From Camelus dromedarius (Eukaryota), in contig NC_087436.1 in the NCBI RefSeq assembly GCF_036321535.1, positions 70,930,001 through 70,994,000 of the forward strand: DNA of 64,000 nucleotides, given 5' to 3'. Both the position numbers and the translations under genes were made by a program. How positions within the stretch are numbered: the first letter of the stretch is position 1; every line of letters starts with the position of its first letter. Shown one piece after another: positions 12,100-24,024 of the stretch. Under the pieces are notes generated by a model. The model was not told where the DNA came from. It ran no database searches and saw only the letters and a list, made by a program, of their open reading frames with translations.

Positions 12100-13080
12100 T
12101 TTTTTTTTTTTTTGTTACAGTTTTATGGGAGTCTACTTGCAAGAAAATTCTTCAGGAGGGTGAAACTTGCAGTAAATGTTGAGTCATATTTTTATTTTGC
12201 TTTTATATGAAGAATTTTATGTTCAAGATAGCTTTCCCTCAAAATTTAAAGACATTGTCTGCTTTTCTTTCAACATACAGTATTGGGATGAAAAGAATAT
12301 GATGTCTGTATGTGTCTCATGCTTTTGTGGGTGACCTTTCATATTTTTCTTACCTCCAGGGAGACATTAAAATCTCAGTATAATTGACAGTGAAATTTCA
12401 CAGTGATCTACATAAAAACAAACACAAAATCACCCTGTACGAATATTTCTCACAACTCGGGGTAAGAGGACTGTCATGAAAGGAGACATTTTTACACTGA
12501 AATAAACTCGCAATTAAAAAAGTACAAATGAAATATAGAAAACTACCCCAATATTACAGATAGTATTTGCAGCATAAAAAAAATCACCTCTCCTGCAAGA
12601 CTCTAGAGTAATAGAGCAATCTTGCAGAGGTGGTAATAAATTTAAACATAATTATTTTAAAATGATAAATACTCATGAAAACCATGGTGAAAGAATATTA
12701 TGTTTTGAAAAGAGCTTATTTTGATAAAGAACCAAATCTACTCTTAGAAATTAAAAAAATGTATGGGGAAAAAAAAAAGGCATCCACATATAGTGGGCAG
12801 ATTAAGTAAATACAGCCAAGGAGCAAATTAGTCCCTTGGGATATAGAACTAAGACAATTACACATAACGTCACACAGATCTGTAGAATGATGGGAAACAT
12901 GAAAGAAGTTTTGCAACGGGGAAAACAGAATGAGAAAACCCAACAAATATCAAACAGAACCCACAGAAGGAGAAAACAGAATAAGGAATGCAGTATTAGA
13001 AGCTATAAAGGTTGAAAATATTTCAAAATTTAGGAAAATTACTAACCATATGTATATTTAGGAAGTACATAATACCTTCA
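12100..13080. mobile_element. Ancient L1M fragments (ORF1-region-like, mixed orientation)
   Basis: A-rich L1 ORF1-like text at 12800-13050; antisense L1M-like text at 12100-12420. Confidence 0.5.
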
Positions 13081-13089
13081 TGGTAAACC

Positions 13090-13480
13090 TCTGTGAAGAC
13101 TGCTTCCTTGCTTAGGAGTCCTTTTAAATGCATGCATTCAATTCTAACTGCCTTTGTCTAACTAATTACTACATGTATGCTTCAGAAATCAATTCAGATG
13201 TCAACTTTCATGGGAAGTCTTTGGTGATGGATCACGTTTGAGTAGGGGCCACATGTACGTGACCTTCCTGTGATTACTTTCATCATAGATACCCTAAGCA
13301 TAGCATTTCTGGTTTCTCTGATCTTAATGTTCCTCAGCAGATTTTCATGCATTTTCTGTTTCCATGTGTGTCCTCTTAACATGTGTGTCCTCTTAACATG
13401 TGTATCCCCTAGAGGGTATCTTTTTATTGTTGAATTTTCACCGACTAGCACATGCAAGCATTCAATAGTTTTGAACTGAA
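13090..13480 (+). mobile_element. L2 3' end
   Basis: Ends ...caagcattcaatagttttgaactgaat, typical L2 tail. Confidence 0.55.
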
Positions 13481-14428
13481 TTTAATTTCACACAGAATGC
13501 TGCTACCCTCAAGTTCAGCATAACTGCACAGAATCTCAAAATAAATGTCAAGGCAAGTCTTCCTATACTGTTTTGATTATCACAAAGTCAGTGTCACACA
13601 TTAATTTATAGCTGAATGCTACAACTTAACTTTTTTATGCACTATGGTATTTAGAGAAGAAATTTCATCTTATATTTATGGCAATAAATAAAGGTTAAAA
13701 TGCTCTATTCTGCATGAGAAGATATCCACCTATAATGGTGTTTCTCAAGCTTGACTAATGAATGAACTTCTTTAAAGTGTTCATGAATCTGCACAATTGA
13801 TTTTATTCACTTATTAAATTAAGACCTACTGAAGACAGCAAGGAACTATTTTTGTTGTAATTTATTTAAGTGTGAAACAAATACAGAATTAAAATTCTTT
13901 TATAAATTTGACAAAGCCATAAAATCAAAACAAATTTACAAATTAAATATAAACAATGTCTATAAAACCAAAAAGGACAAATTAATAATATAAACTTGAT
14001 ATGATACATGACACTGTTTTGCTGAAATTAAATCTGTTTGCTATTATGTCTTGAGTTCAGCATGTTCATGCTGAGTTCATGCCTCTTCTAATACATGCCT
14101 TGTGATATCTCAGTTCTTCCACTATTTCCTATTTTTAACTACTGTGGAGGTCAGTTACCTTTCACTTGGGAGATAGAGTAGGGTTATATCTTTAATGTGG
14201 TAAAAGTCCTCTGTTTTTTTCTTATCAGCCTGGGCAGATTAAAGAAGTTAATCACCACTACCTTAACTATAAAGGCAAATGCAAACCCAGGGATTGAAAT
14301 CTTTAGTAATCTGTGGGTCACCTAATTGCTTCAGAATATGTTTCTTTTAATTTCTGGATTATCTCAGCAATTCAAACATTTGAAAGTTTTCAGAGAAAAC
14401 CAAGGTTGCTAAAATTATGCCTTCATAC

Positions 14429-14475
14429 CTCCAAGTGTCCTTAGGCCCATATTGGAGACTCTGCCTTACTACTAC
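14429..14475 (-). pseudogene. Exon, phase 0->2: VVVRQSLQYGPKDTW(R), open
   Basis: TTTACTTTTATCAAG| acceptor, GAG|GTATGA donor; 47 nt. Confidence 0.65.
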
Positions 14476-14745
14476 CTTGATAAAAGTAAACCAAATAATC
14501 ATTTAATCATTGGAATTAGGAGTTCTTGAATTAATAGGACAGACTGTGAAAAGTTATAGATAAATGCAGAATATATAAAATAGGAATTCTCTTGAATCTG
14601 GAGTATTTGTAATAGAATACTTCCCCTTTTCTTCTAAGTTCGTAAGCCTGGTTCATCTAGAATGTTTTCATCTTACTTTATTCTTGTTCTTTTAAATTAC
14701 ATGTTTTTTTCATGTAATTTAAAAACTTTCAAAAACTTTCCTTAC

Positions 14746-14834
14746 CATATATGGTGATTGTGTCATCAGTTTAGACTGAACTTCTTGAAGACCATTTCCT
14801 CCTCAGTGTAACTTTGGTTGTATATCAGTTACTT
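14746..14834 (-). pseudogene. Exon, phase 1->0: VTDIQPKLH*GGNGLQEVQSKLMTQSPYM
   Basis: CTTTTATCCTTAG| acceptor, ATG|GTAAGG donor; 89 nt; one TGA. Confidence 0.7.
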
Positions 14835-14963
14835 CTAAGGATAAAAGCATTAAAATTTAATTAGATTGTTTAAAGAGAAAAGGAAGGCACATTTTTGTTC
14901 TGAGATAATGAATGAGATTTCTTGCAAGTTGGAGCATATAATATGAAGGTGACCCATTTCTAC

Positions 14964-15050
14964 CTTCCTCGCAGGAAAAAGGATACTAGATTGAATCACC
15001 CTTGGCATGGCTTTTTGTTTTTTGAGTAGGAATGGCAAAACTCCACACGC
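14964..15050 (-). pseudogene. Exon, phase 1->1: VWSFAIPTQKTKSHAKGDSI*YPFSCEE
   Basis: ATTTTATAAG| acceptor, AAG|GTAGAA donor; 87 nt; one TAG. Confidence 0.55.
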
Positions 15051-15427
15051 CTTATAAAATTTTATTAAGTTAAATGAGGCATATACACAGTTTCTCCTTT
15101 AAAAAAAATAAAAAGTTACCGTTTTGTTTTGGTTTCCATTCCTCCTAAGGTGGTTTTTTTGTTTGTTTGTTTTTCAGAAAATCAGCAAGTACATAACAAA
15201 AGTATGATTAGTTCTAAACTAAGCCTATTTTATGTGTCTTAAGATATAAATATTATGAGGAAATACCCCATAATATTTGTCTTCCCCCAAAGCCTAACTT
15301 GACTTGGTAACTTGGAGCAAATTTAGGATTCCTTTTATGTCCTAATTCCAGGATATCAATTATCTAAGGCTATGGTTTCGAAGTTTTTCTCTAGCTGTGC
15401 TTTCTCTGTACACAGTATAAAACTTAC

Positions 15428-15548
15428 CATGCAGAAGAGCAGTACTCTTCTGGCCCAGTATAGAGTGGAGAGCATAAAAATCTCCAATTGAATTTTCTCT
15501 TTTTTTTAAATGGATCCTGAGTTACTTCTAAGAAACCTCTTCTAACTC
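15428..15548 (-). pseudogene. Exon, phase 1->1 with +1 frameshift in an A8 run: VRRGFLEVTQDPFKK/RENSIGDFYALHSILGQKSTALLH(G)
   Basis: GTGGTTTCAAG| acceptor, ATG|GTAAGT donor; 121 nt (120 expected). Confidence 0.65.
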
Positions 15549-16494
15549 CTTGAAACCACAAACACATTAAAAAAAAAAAAAACTATTAATCTAAATCATC
15601 TCAGGACATTGGATATGTTCTATGGCCAACACAGAAACTTTTTGTGGGGAGTGAAGGGAGTTCAAGATGAAAAGTTGAGGACTGTCAGTGGTGAGGTCCA
15701 AGAACAACCCTGGCTCTTAAGTTAAGCAAAGGGGAGAAGAGGACAAGGATGAATTTATTACTATTATAACTGTTACTATTTTTGTCTTTGAAAAATGCAA
15801 AGTATCATGGGAATTCTCTGAGAACTAATGACCTGAATCCAAGTTTGGGAAATGTACCAGTTTTGGCCTTTGGAGACATTAACTAGAAAGATTCCCTTCC
15901 ATTTGAAATCTTAGAAAGGCAGATGAATTGAATGTGTTGAGTTGGCTGGAAAGGGCTGTTGGGTTCTAAGTTAAGGCATTATCATACCATTGAATGTAAC
16001 GGCTCCATAGAAGACACTGTCCCATTCCTGGATGCTTGAGAAGATGTTAACTTGGGGTGTTTCTGAGCTTGGGCTGGGAAAATGGCTGGTTTAGAGGGAA
16101 ACTTAAGTATATCTGGCCTGGGGAAGGTACATAGTCTTATGGGTATTGATGTCAGAATGTGAGGTTCAGGCAAAGTAAAAATAGTGACTCAAACGTAAAG
16201 ATAGACTTTGATCCACTTAGTTACAGAGTTGCTGGCCAAAATAGAGTTGCAGAACATTGAGGACAGTTTGAAAAATATTACTCTCGAAGACCAAAACCTA
16301 CTTTGGAATTTCTATCTCGGTGAACCTCTAGTTACCAAAGATTTCTTCTCATTTTTTATCTTTAACATAATACCTATGGAGAAAATAGAAAATCATCTTT
16401 ATTTCTAAAAAGATTTTAGATCTGGGTTTCTTATGGCATTTATCAACCTGATATTTTAGGGCTGGAGTGTGGCTTTGGGAAGACAGATTCTAAC

Positions 16495-16558
16495 TCTTAT
16501 TCTCTTTTTCTAATGCATTCCCACTAAAGGCCTTCTCCGTTCAAAGACACGGGTTCAC
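16495..16558 (-). pseudogene. Exon-like segment, phase 0->1: VNPCL*TEKAFSGNALEKENK(R)
   Basis: CTTTTATTTTAG| acceptor, weak AGA|GTTAGA donor; 64 nt; one TGA. Confidence 0.45.
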
Positions 16559-17519
16559 CTAAAATAAAAGTTCTGATGAATAACATAACTTGCTAGATTT
16601 CATCAGGGATGTGAACAGTCCTAATGAATTCTTTGAATTTGGGCAGATCCCTGAGATCCTTCCTATCTCAGCCTTTGACAAATGGATAAATTTCTTCTTT
16701 CTCGCTCTTATTTAACAAGGGGCCAAAGACATACTATGCAAATGAACTCAAAGTTACCGATAAGGTAGCTTCACAATGCTGTAGGATATCTGCATTCAAA
16801 TTCCCCATTTAAATTAAAATTTGATGATTCATATTCAAATCATTTTAAACAGTTTAAGAAAAGAAAATTCTAAGAGGGTGTTGCAGATGCTCTAATTTCT
16901 TACATGCTCCCTGAACTAGTTAATGAGTAATCTTTTTATATCTTAAAGTGTACATCTGTTAAACACAAAGTTTATCAAATTGCCTTATTTGAAATTTCAT
17001 GCTTCTATTGTGCATCTTGGGAGGATTCAGAAAATAAATTAAGCGTGTGCATATTCATAAGTATGGTAAACTGAGCAGGCACTAGGGCATGCTTATGAGC
17101 TTTTAACTAATTTATGTGTATTTACATGTCTCGGATTAAAGATTAAGTTAAGAAGACACTTTCATTATATATCTAGTTTGTTTCCTTTGGAAAATAAAAT
17201 GATAGAGCCATCTTACAGAATTTTAGTGCTTGAAGGAAGAATTCCAGAATGCTCTTTAATCTAGAAAATAATGAAGTCAATTTGAATTTGGGTCAAAAAT
17301 GGATCTGGTAACAATGTTCATGTAAATTCTCAACTGATGAAGGTATGTATTGTTGATGGAGAGATTTGTCTGTGTTTCCAGATAAATGTGTACCATATTT
17401 TTTTTCCTTATTCGGTATCAGGTTCTATATTTTCTGCTTTTGTAAAACCATAATCTGTGGTGCTCTTGTGCCGCAGTTGATATTTACTCATGATGTCACT
17501 GGGGGGTGTTAACCTTGGA

Positions 17520-17690
17520 GTAGCATAGCCCTGGATACAAACGTCTTCTCCTCCACTTTTTAGCCATATAAACTTAGTAATGGAACCATCCTAATAATAA
17601 TTACTACAGGGCTGTTGTGAGGTTAAAATGAGATAGTTCTTAGTGTCTGGACTAGGGAAATCCTCAACAAATAATAGCTGCTGATTATAA
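17520..17690 (+). mobile_element. MIR fragment
   Basis: cagggctgttgtgaggttaaaatgagat...ctcaacaaataatagct. Confidence 0.7.
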
Positions 17691-18343
17691 TCACTATTCT
17701 TATCATTAATCTGTCAGTTTCCTGAGGTACCAAAGAGAAAATAATTCTCATGTCATAAGATTAAAGCCTATAAAAAGAGCTACTTGTAAGTTGGTGAATG
17801 AGTAATGAATTGGCCATATTGTATAGCAAATAAATAAACAAGAAGAAATGGCACAGCATCAATTATTTCCACTCTGATACCCATCCATGGTCTGGATCAC
17901 ATATGTCATTATGTGGCTTTCTATTTATTAAAAAAGAAAACGTGGAGAAAAAACTTGTCTGATTAAAAATATATATTTCCATAAGTACTAACAGAATGAT
18001 CTTTTCTACAAAATTAACTCTTAATTTATTAAAAGTCAAATATTCATAAAATTTGATTTTACTAAATTTATAAAAAGAAACTTTAAGCATGAGTAATGAG
18101 AGAGATTATTCCATTACTACTTATTTGGGGTGATAAGAATAAATAATAATTAATATAATATATATAATATAAATCTAATAATTACATTTAAAATAATCAT
18201 TTTTATCCCTCCTCTCCCTCCAAGTAGTCTTCACCTAAATAACCTGAAAGCCTTCATACATGCTAGTTAGAGATTTGCAATAGAATACTCCCCTCCCAAA
18301 CTTTATCATCTGTTATTTTACTCTTGTAGTGTCTATCTAATTA

Positions 18344-18564
18344 TAGTTGACCCTTGAACAACTCCAAGATTAGGGGCAACGACCCTCTGTACAGTTGAAA
18401 ATCCAAGTATAACTTTACAGTTGACCCTCCATACCCACAGTTTCACATCTGTGGAATCAAACCACCTGGGATCATATAGTACTGTAGTACGTATTTATTG
18501 AAAAAAAAATCAGTGTATAAGTGAACCCATGCTTTTCTAACCTATGTTGTTCAAGTGTTGACTG
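18344..18564. mobile_element. MER8-like Tigger (Tc1/mariner) MITE
   Basis: TIRs tagttgacccttgaacaac / gttgttcaagtgttgactg, flanked by TA. Confidence 0.85.
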
Positions 18565-18939
18565 TATATTATGTTACAATATAATTCCATTTACTCTCCT
18601 TAAAGCTTCAGTGGAAATACAGTACAGCTAGTCATTTTCTGCAATGTAATCATCTTTAATGTTTGAGAAAATAGTTATATATGTCAGTGTGTGAAAGGAA
18701 AACAGGGTTATTCCTATATTCACTTCAAACCCAAAGAGATACCAGTGGGATACAAGTTAAAATGTTCCATAATCCGTTAGAAAACAAAATTAGAGAATAT
18801 TGTTGGGTCAAAATGGCACAATGATGGAAACACATTAAGAAAAAAATTACATAAGATGTTGAGCCTGAGCAGAATAGTGAAAGTAAATATGAAAAGCATG
18901 TTTATAATATGCATTTCTCTGAAGTTTCCTTTTTCCACC

Positions 18940-19345
18940 TGTATTAGTCAGCTCGGGCAGCTATAAAATACCATAGATGGGGTAGCTTAAAGAACAAAAA
19001 TGTTTTTTCTCATAGTTCCAGAGGCTGTAAAGCCCCAGATCAAGGTCCAGCAGTGTTCAGTTTCTGGTGAGAGCTCTGTTTCTGTGTACAGTTGGTTGCC
19101 TATGAGTTATAGCCTCACATGACAGTGTGTGTGTGCATGTGTTATGGTCTCTCTGCCTCTTTGTATGAGGACACCGATCCCATCATGGGGGCCCTACACA
19201 CATGACCTCATCTAAACCTAATCATCCCTCAGTCTCCACTTCCAAATACCATCACGTTGGAGGTTAGGGCTTCAAAATAAGAATTTTTTTTTTTTTTTTT
19301 TTTTTTTGCAGGGGGGAAGACAAACATTCAGTCCATAAGTCATCT
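18940..19345. mobile_element. MLT1 solo LTR
   Basis: tgtattagtcagctcgggcagctataaaatacc...acattcagtccataa. Confidence 0.85.
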
Positions 19346-19679
19346 TCCCACCTCCTAATCTTTTGGAAAGAAAATACTTAACAAAGAGATGAAAATATCA
19401 TTTCTTCTAATAGTCTTTGCTAAACAAACAAAACAAAACACTCAAATACTACCAGGCAGGTTTAGCAAATGATAGGTGGAACTACGGAAGTCCTGCTTTA
19501 GTCAGCTCTACTATCAAGTGCATTTTCTGCTCCAATTTATAAGGTCATTCAAATTTTTATTCCATGTCAGAGTATTATGACTGCAATTACATTTTACCAA
19601 ATTTGAAGATAATAAGAAAAGATGTATTGTTAATTGCATTTTTCAAATGACACTCTAGCAACAAGATCACATTGTAGTG

Positions 19680-19980
19680 GAAACAGCTTAGAGCTTAATG
19701 TTGGTCTGACCTATCCCAGACCACTTTCTAGCCTCAAAACCACTGGTAAGTGATTTAAATTGTCCAGTTCCTATGTCTTAATCTGTAAAATGTGGGCAGT
19801 TAATCTGCTTTGATACATTACTAACTTTGTAATTCAGTCAGCTAATATGTATGAAGGACCCACTACATACTAGGCACTGTGATTGGAACTGGGATATGGT
19901 ATCTTAATAAAACAGATATACCTCCCTAGATAATCTTATTTTTTTGTGGAAAAGAGACATTGAACAAATATTTACAAATA
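19680..19980. mobile_element. MIR fragment followed by antisense L2 tail
   Basis: atctgtaaaatgtgg; ctacatactaggcactgt...tgggatatg. Confidence 0.5.
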
Positions 19981-20092
19981 CTTATATGTCCAAACATAAA
20001 GTGAATTCTTGTTTGTCTACTTCCATATATAAACTTGTAGAGATATAAATGAATTAGTCAAAATCCGTCAATGATACTTAGTAGATTAGTAG

Positions 20093-20393
20093 TGGACAGC
20101 TCCATGTAGATCAATGAAGTTAGAACACTCCCTCACACCATAAACAAAAACAAGCTCAAAATGGCTTAAAGACTTAACATAATACAAGACACTAAAAACC
20201 TCTTAGAGGAAAACATAGCAAATCATTATCTGACATAAGTCTTAGCAATGTTCTCATAGGGCAGTCTACCCAGGCAATAGAAAGAAAAGGGGAAAAAAAC
20301 AAATGGGACCTAATTAAACTTACAAGCTTTTGCACAGCAAAGGAAACTATAAGTAAAACTAAAAGACAACCTGTGGAATGGGAGAAAATATTT
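20093..20393 (+). mobile_element. Young L1 ORF2 internal fragment (no poly-A, no TSD seen)
   Basis: aacaaatgggacctaattaaacttacaagcttttgcacagcaaaggaaac...gaatgggagaaaatatttg. Confidence 0.9.
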
Positions 20394-20424
20394 GTTTATA
20401 TATTTAATTGAGGCATTTATTTAC

Positions 20425-21880
20425 TTTTATTCATTTTTCTACTCTTTAATGTGTGCAGTCTACATGGTACATGCACCGCTTGGTACAGGACTTTAAAGTA
20501 TTCTTGGTGGTTTGTATGAGTTATATTTTAGTCAATTATCTATACCTCCCAAACACATTGAGATTTTTTGGGTTATTTTAATGTTCCTGTTGTAATCATT
20601 GTTGCCTTGTTTGTCTTTTTATATGATCTTCCATATATTTTTCCTTTTGCTATGAGATAAATGTGACTTTCTGAATGTACACACTGTCCCCTTTCTTTGC
20701 TTCTTTGTGTCTTCCTCCCTCCCTTTCCATGTGGGAGATGCATCCTGTGGGATGTGCACCAGGTGGTCCAAGACTTTAAAGTACTCTTGGCCTATTCTTT
20801 AAAGTGGTTGGGTTTCATGCACGAAGCTCCCCTCTTTTCTGCTGGTCTTCCATATGTCTTTTATGTTAAAGCCATTCAGAGTGATTCCTTCTTCCATCTT
20901 GGATTTCAGGGAAGACCAAAGTGCTTCATGAATAAGTAGTAACATAAAAATAAAACAGTAAATTAAAACACAAGGAAAAAAACCTTCTTGATTTGTGACA
21001 TGTGGATTCTTGATTTCTGTGGATTGTTCAGGCCCTAGTGATTTCAAACAACAGCATGAAAGAGATATAATAACATGATTAACTTGGGTATATGTGGGAG
21101 AGTGAGGGTGCAAAACAAAACAAAAATTCTCTTAAGGGCTCTAGATAACCTGTCACTCAGTGCATATGTGAAAAATTTGCTCTATCTACTGTTACTGGTA
21201 ATAATATATCAATAGCAGAAACAAGATTTTCTGACAAGGATTTTATAAACACCCTGCTTTAATCTTTCCATTACATCTTCTATCACTTCAACTCTTCAGC
21301 TATCTCACCTTCAAAACAGCAAAAATGATTCAATATTGTTAAACTGAACAACTGGTTTTCCCATTCAGAAAAAATTTTGGAATTAGTCTTCAATGTTGTT
21401 TGCTGGCCGTGTTGATTATATGTTTTTATTTAATTTACTAATTCTATACAAACCACCAAGAGTACTTTAAAGTCCTGTACCTGGGTAAAGTATTTGGTTT
21501 GATTTCCCAGAGTAAGAATAGCTAATTACCTGAGTTAAACCCCTCTGTACCTAATAAAGCTATCCAAATAATAAAGCTATCCAAAGTCTTAATTATTATT
21601 TAGGCTTTATGAAGCTATCTAACCAAGCAAGTTATTATCCAGTACTCTGTCAAAATTTGCTATGTTATAGTAATCTAATTTTCTCATTAAATAAATATAA
21701 AGAAATTTATGTATTTTTAGCAGAGTTCCCTTAATTCTTAAGCTGTTCCTTTTATTTAAATCTCAAGAATGTTCATACAAGTTGAAGATAAAAGTTTATG
21801 GAGGGTTATTTCAAAATTAATGTTTAATTTGGTGGCTGCAAATAACTGCTCACAAATGGTTACTATCTGAATTATTTTCT
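20425..21880 (-). pseudogene. Large decayed exon with internal peptide repeat (QEYFKVLDHLVHIP / QEYFKVLYQAVHVP)
   Basis: TCTGTTATTTTCAG| acceptor at 21881; several long protein-like open stretches including ORF-track 20799..21113; multiple stops and frameshifts; 3' boundary uncertain. Confidence 0.5.
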
Positions 21881-21973
21881 CTGAAAATAACAGATAAATT
21901 ACATGATTTTTATTTCATGTAGTATTTAGTGTTACAGAGGACTTCAATATGCAGAATATGCAAATTATGTCAC

Positions 21974-22039
21974 TCAGCAGTTTAGAACTGGCATGTCATA
22001 AGAAATCATATGCTGACAGTGTTCCCTGTCTTCAGGAGT
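21974..22039 (-). pseudogene. Possible exon, phase 0: TPEDREHCQHMISYDMPVLNC; donor unclear
   Basis: GTTTTGCTTTGATCTTTAG| acceptor; in phase with previous exon; donor possibly mutated (CTGAGT). Confidence 0.35.
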
Positions 22040-22729
22040 CTAAAGATCAAAGCAAAACACTATTTTTTTCAAAATGCATTCAAAAACTGTGATTGAGTTC
22101 TTACTCTCTGCCAGGTGCATTATATTGAAAAGAAAATACTTCTTTATCTTAAAATTCATACTTTCTATTCCCTTATCTAGATTATAGCAATTCTGTTCTT
22201 TAAAAGACTTGGTTGGTGTCAAAATTTGGATTCTAACACATTGTCCTGCTCATGGCTATATTTCACAAAAGCATTAAAATGTACCATTTAGGTTTCCTTT
22301 GTTACCCTCCTGAGAATGTGTGTTTATTATGTGTACAGGTACAATAATGAGGAATCCATGACACATGGGTTAGATGAATGTTTTTGTAACTCCTTTATCC
22401 AAGTTCTGATTGTTCCACCTGGCACAGGGATCCCTGGCATAGAAGGAAGAACAGTGGTCCTCTCTGCATTAGAGATGAAGGTCTGTGTGACTAGCTTATC
22501 ATTTTTGCTGATGGACCAGGTGCGATTAATTACTGTTTTTATCAGTGTTCATTGACCCACTGGAATGCAATTGTTTTTCTGGCTTAAAGGGAGGGGAAAT
22601 GTTACAATTTATTTAGAAAAAATTTAATTTTTCTCTAACTTGTGATCTTATGCTTTATGTGTATATATTGGAAGATTCAAATTCAGTTCAAGGTGATTAA
22701 CTGAGCAAATTTACCATTTAAGAAAGATC

Positions 22730-22895
22730 AGACATTTAAGTGTACAATACAGTATTGCTGACTGTAGACACAATGTTGTAGAGCAGATCTCTAGAACTTA
22801 CTCATCTTGCTTATCAGAAAATTTATGCTTGTTGGTTAGTAATTTAAGAGGGTAAATCTCACGTTAAGTGTTCATACCACAGTAAGATAAAATAT
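22730..22895. mobile_element. Short L1 3' UTR fragments in opposite orientations
   Basis: gcagatctctagaacttactcatcttgc (antisense); taaatctcacgttaagtgttcataccacag (sense). Confidence 0.65.
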
Positions 22896-23726
22896 TTTAA
22901 AAGGACTGTTTAACATTGATATTGGCTCTTTTTGAGTTACACTAGTTGCTCAGAAGCTGACTTTCAGTTATTGAAACACAACAGTATTTAATGTGTTAAT
23001 TTGGATTTCTGAGTCTTCTAGTTGATAAAATTTGGCTTATTTCTCACTAAAGACACTGATACTGTTAGGCTGCACAGTAAGTGTACCAGGGAGCTGGGTG
23101 CTTGGTCACCACGGCATCCCCTCTAACCTTCTTTTAAGTCAGAAAAAACCCATTCAGTAATGCCAGCCCCCAGTCAACACCCTCCAGAGAATCTTTCCCA
23201 TTATTAACTGATGCTATCCTAAGCACGAGCCTCGGCACTTTTTGTCACTGTCTTATTTCTCATAAAGATTAATTGTTACATGTGATTTGTGTTCCACAAG
23301 CACAAGATGTCACTCTGGAACAGAGCAAACTTGTACTATCAGGAACAAAAGGGGCAAAAATTAAGCCTGTTAATAAGGGTAACTTAGAGGTGCTTTGCCC
23401 TAAATCTGAGAACAATAGCCTAACCGAGGGAATGAGCTCTTCTTCCCTGGTGGTCCTTTCTGGGGTTGCCTGTTTAAAGTGGTGGGAATATCTCAGGGCA
23501 TTGGACCTGGTGTCAATGAAGTAGACTGGTCCATGTGTTTGTTGGTTTTGCCAGTTCTGACTGACACCAAAGGAAAATATCTCAAATCCCCAGAATAAAT
23601 CAAGACTTAAACTTTTATTCTTTTTAGAATTTAATTCCAATTCATTTACTTAGTACCTTCAGAAAAATGACACATAACCACCACTATGAGCCTAGTACCA
23701 GAAAATAAACTTTACTGGGCACCTAC

Positions 23727-23851
23727 CCGGGGAAAGACACGATGTGCTCTACTTTTCTATTTATCTGTTCTTTTATACCCATTTCGATAGGATATCCCTT
23801 TACTGGCTTCCTGTGCCAGAATTAGCAGCATCAGAAATCCTATTATTAGAC
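23727..23851 (-). pseudogene. Exon-like segment, phase 1->0: (G)LIIGFLMLLILAQEASKGISYRNGYKRTDK*KSRAHRVFPR
   Basis: CTCTTCCATTTAG| acceptor, CGG|GTAGGT donor; 125 nt; hydrophobic stretch; one in-frame TAG. Confidence 0.55.
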
Positions 23852-24024
23852 CTAAATGGAAGAGTTTATAACACATAATTGTAGTCTGGAAGAAAGAATA
23901 GTCAGTAGACCAAATGATTCTGGCACATGTGATGAATGAGCTCAGCCTTTTGATAATTCAGAATCAACACAGCGTGGAATGATGGACCACCCTCTATTCT
24001 GTGTGTTCCTCAAAGCAGACGTAC

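Noticed and set aside
13364..13404. Tandem tgtgtcctcttaacatg duplication
   Set aside because: Ordinary local duplication within an L2 relic.
17881..19655. Additional minus-strand exon candidates (17881-17920, ~19450-19655)
   Set aside because: Splice sites are weak and frames ambiguous; could not be placed in the phase chain.
23269..23640. Overlapping 123-aa and 83-aa ORFs
   Set aside because: No homology recognised and they do not fit the exon phase chain.
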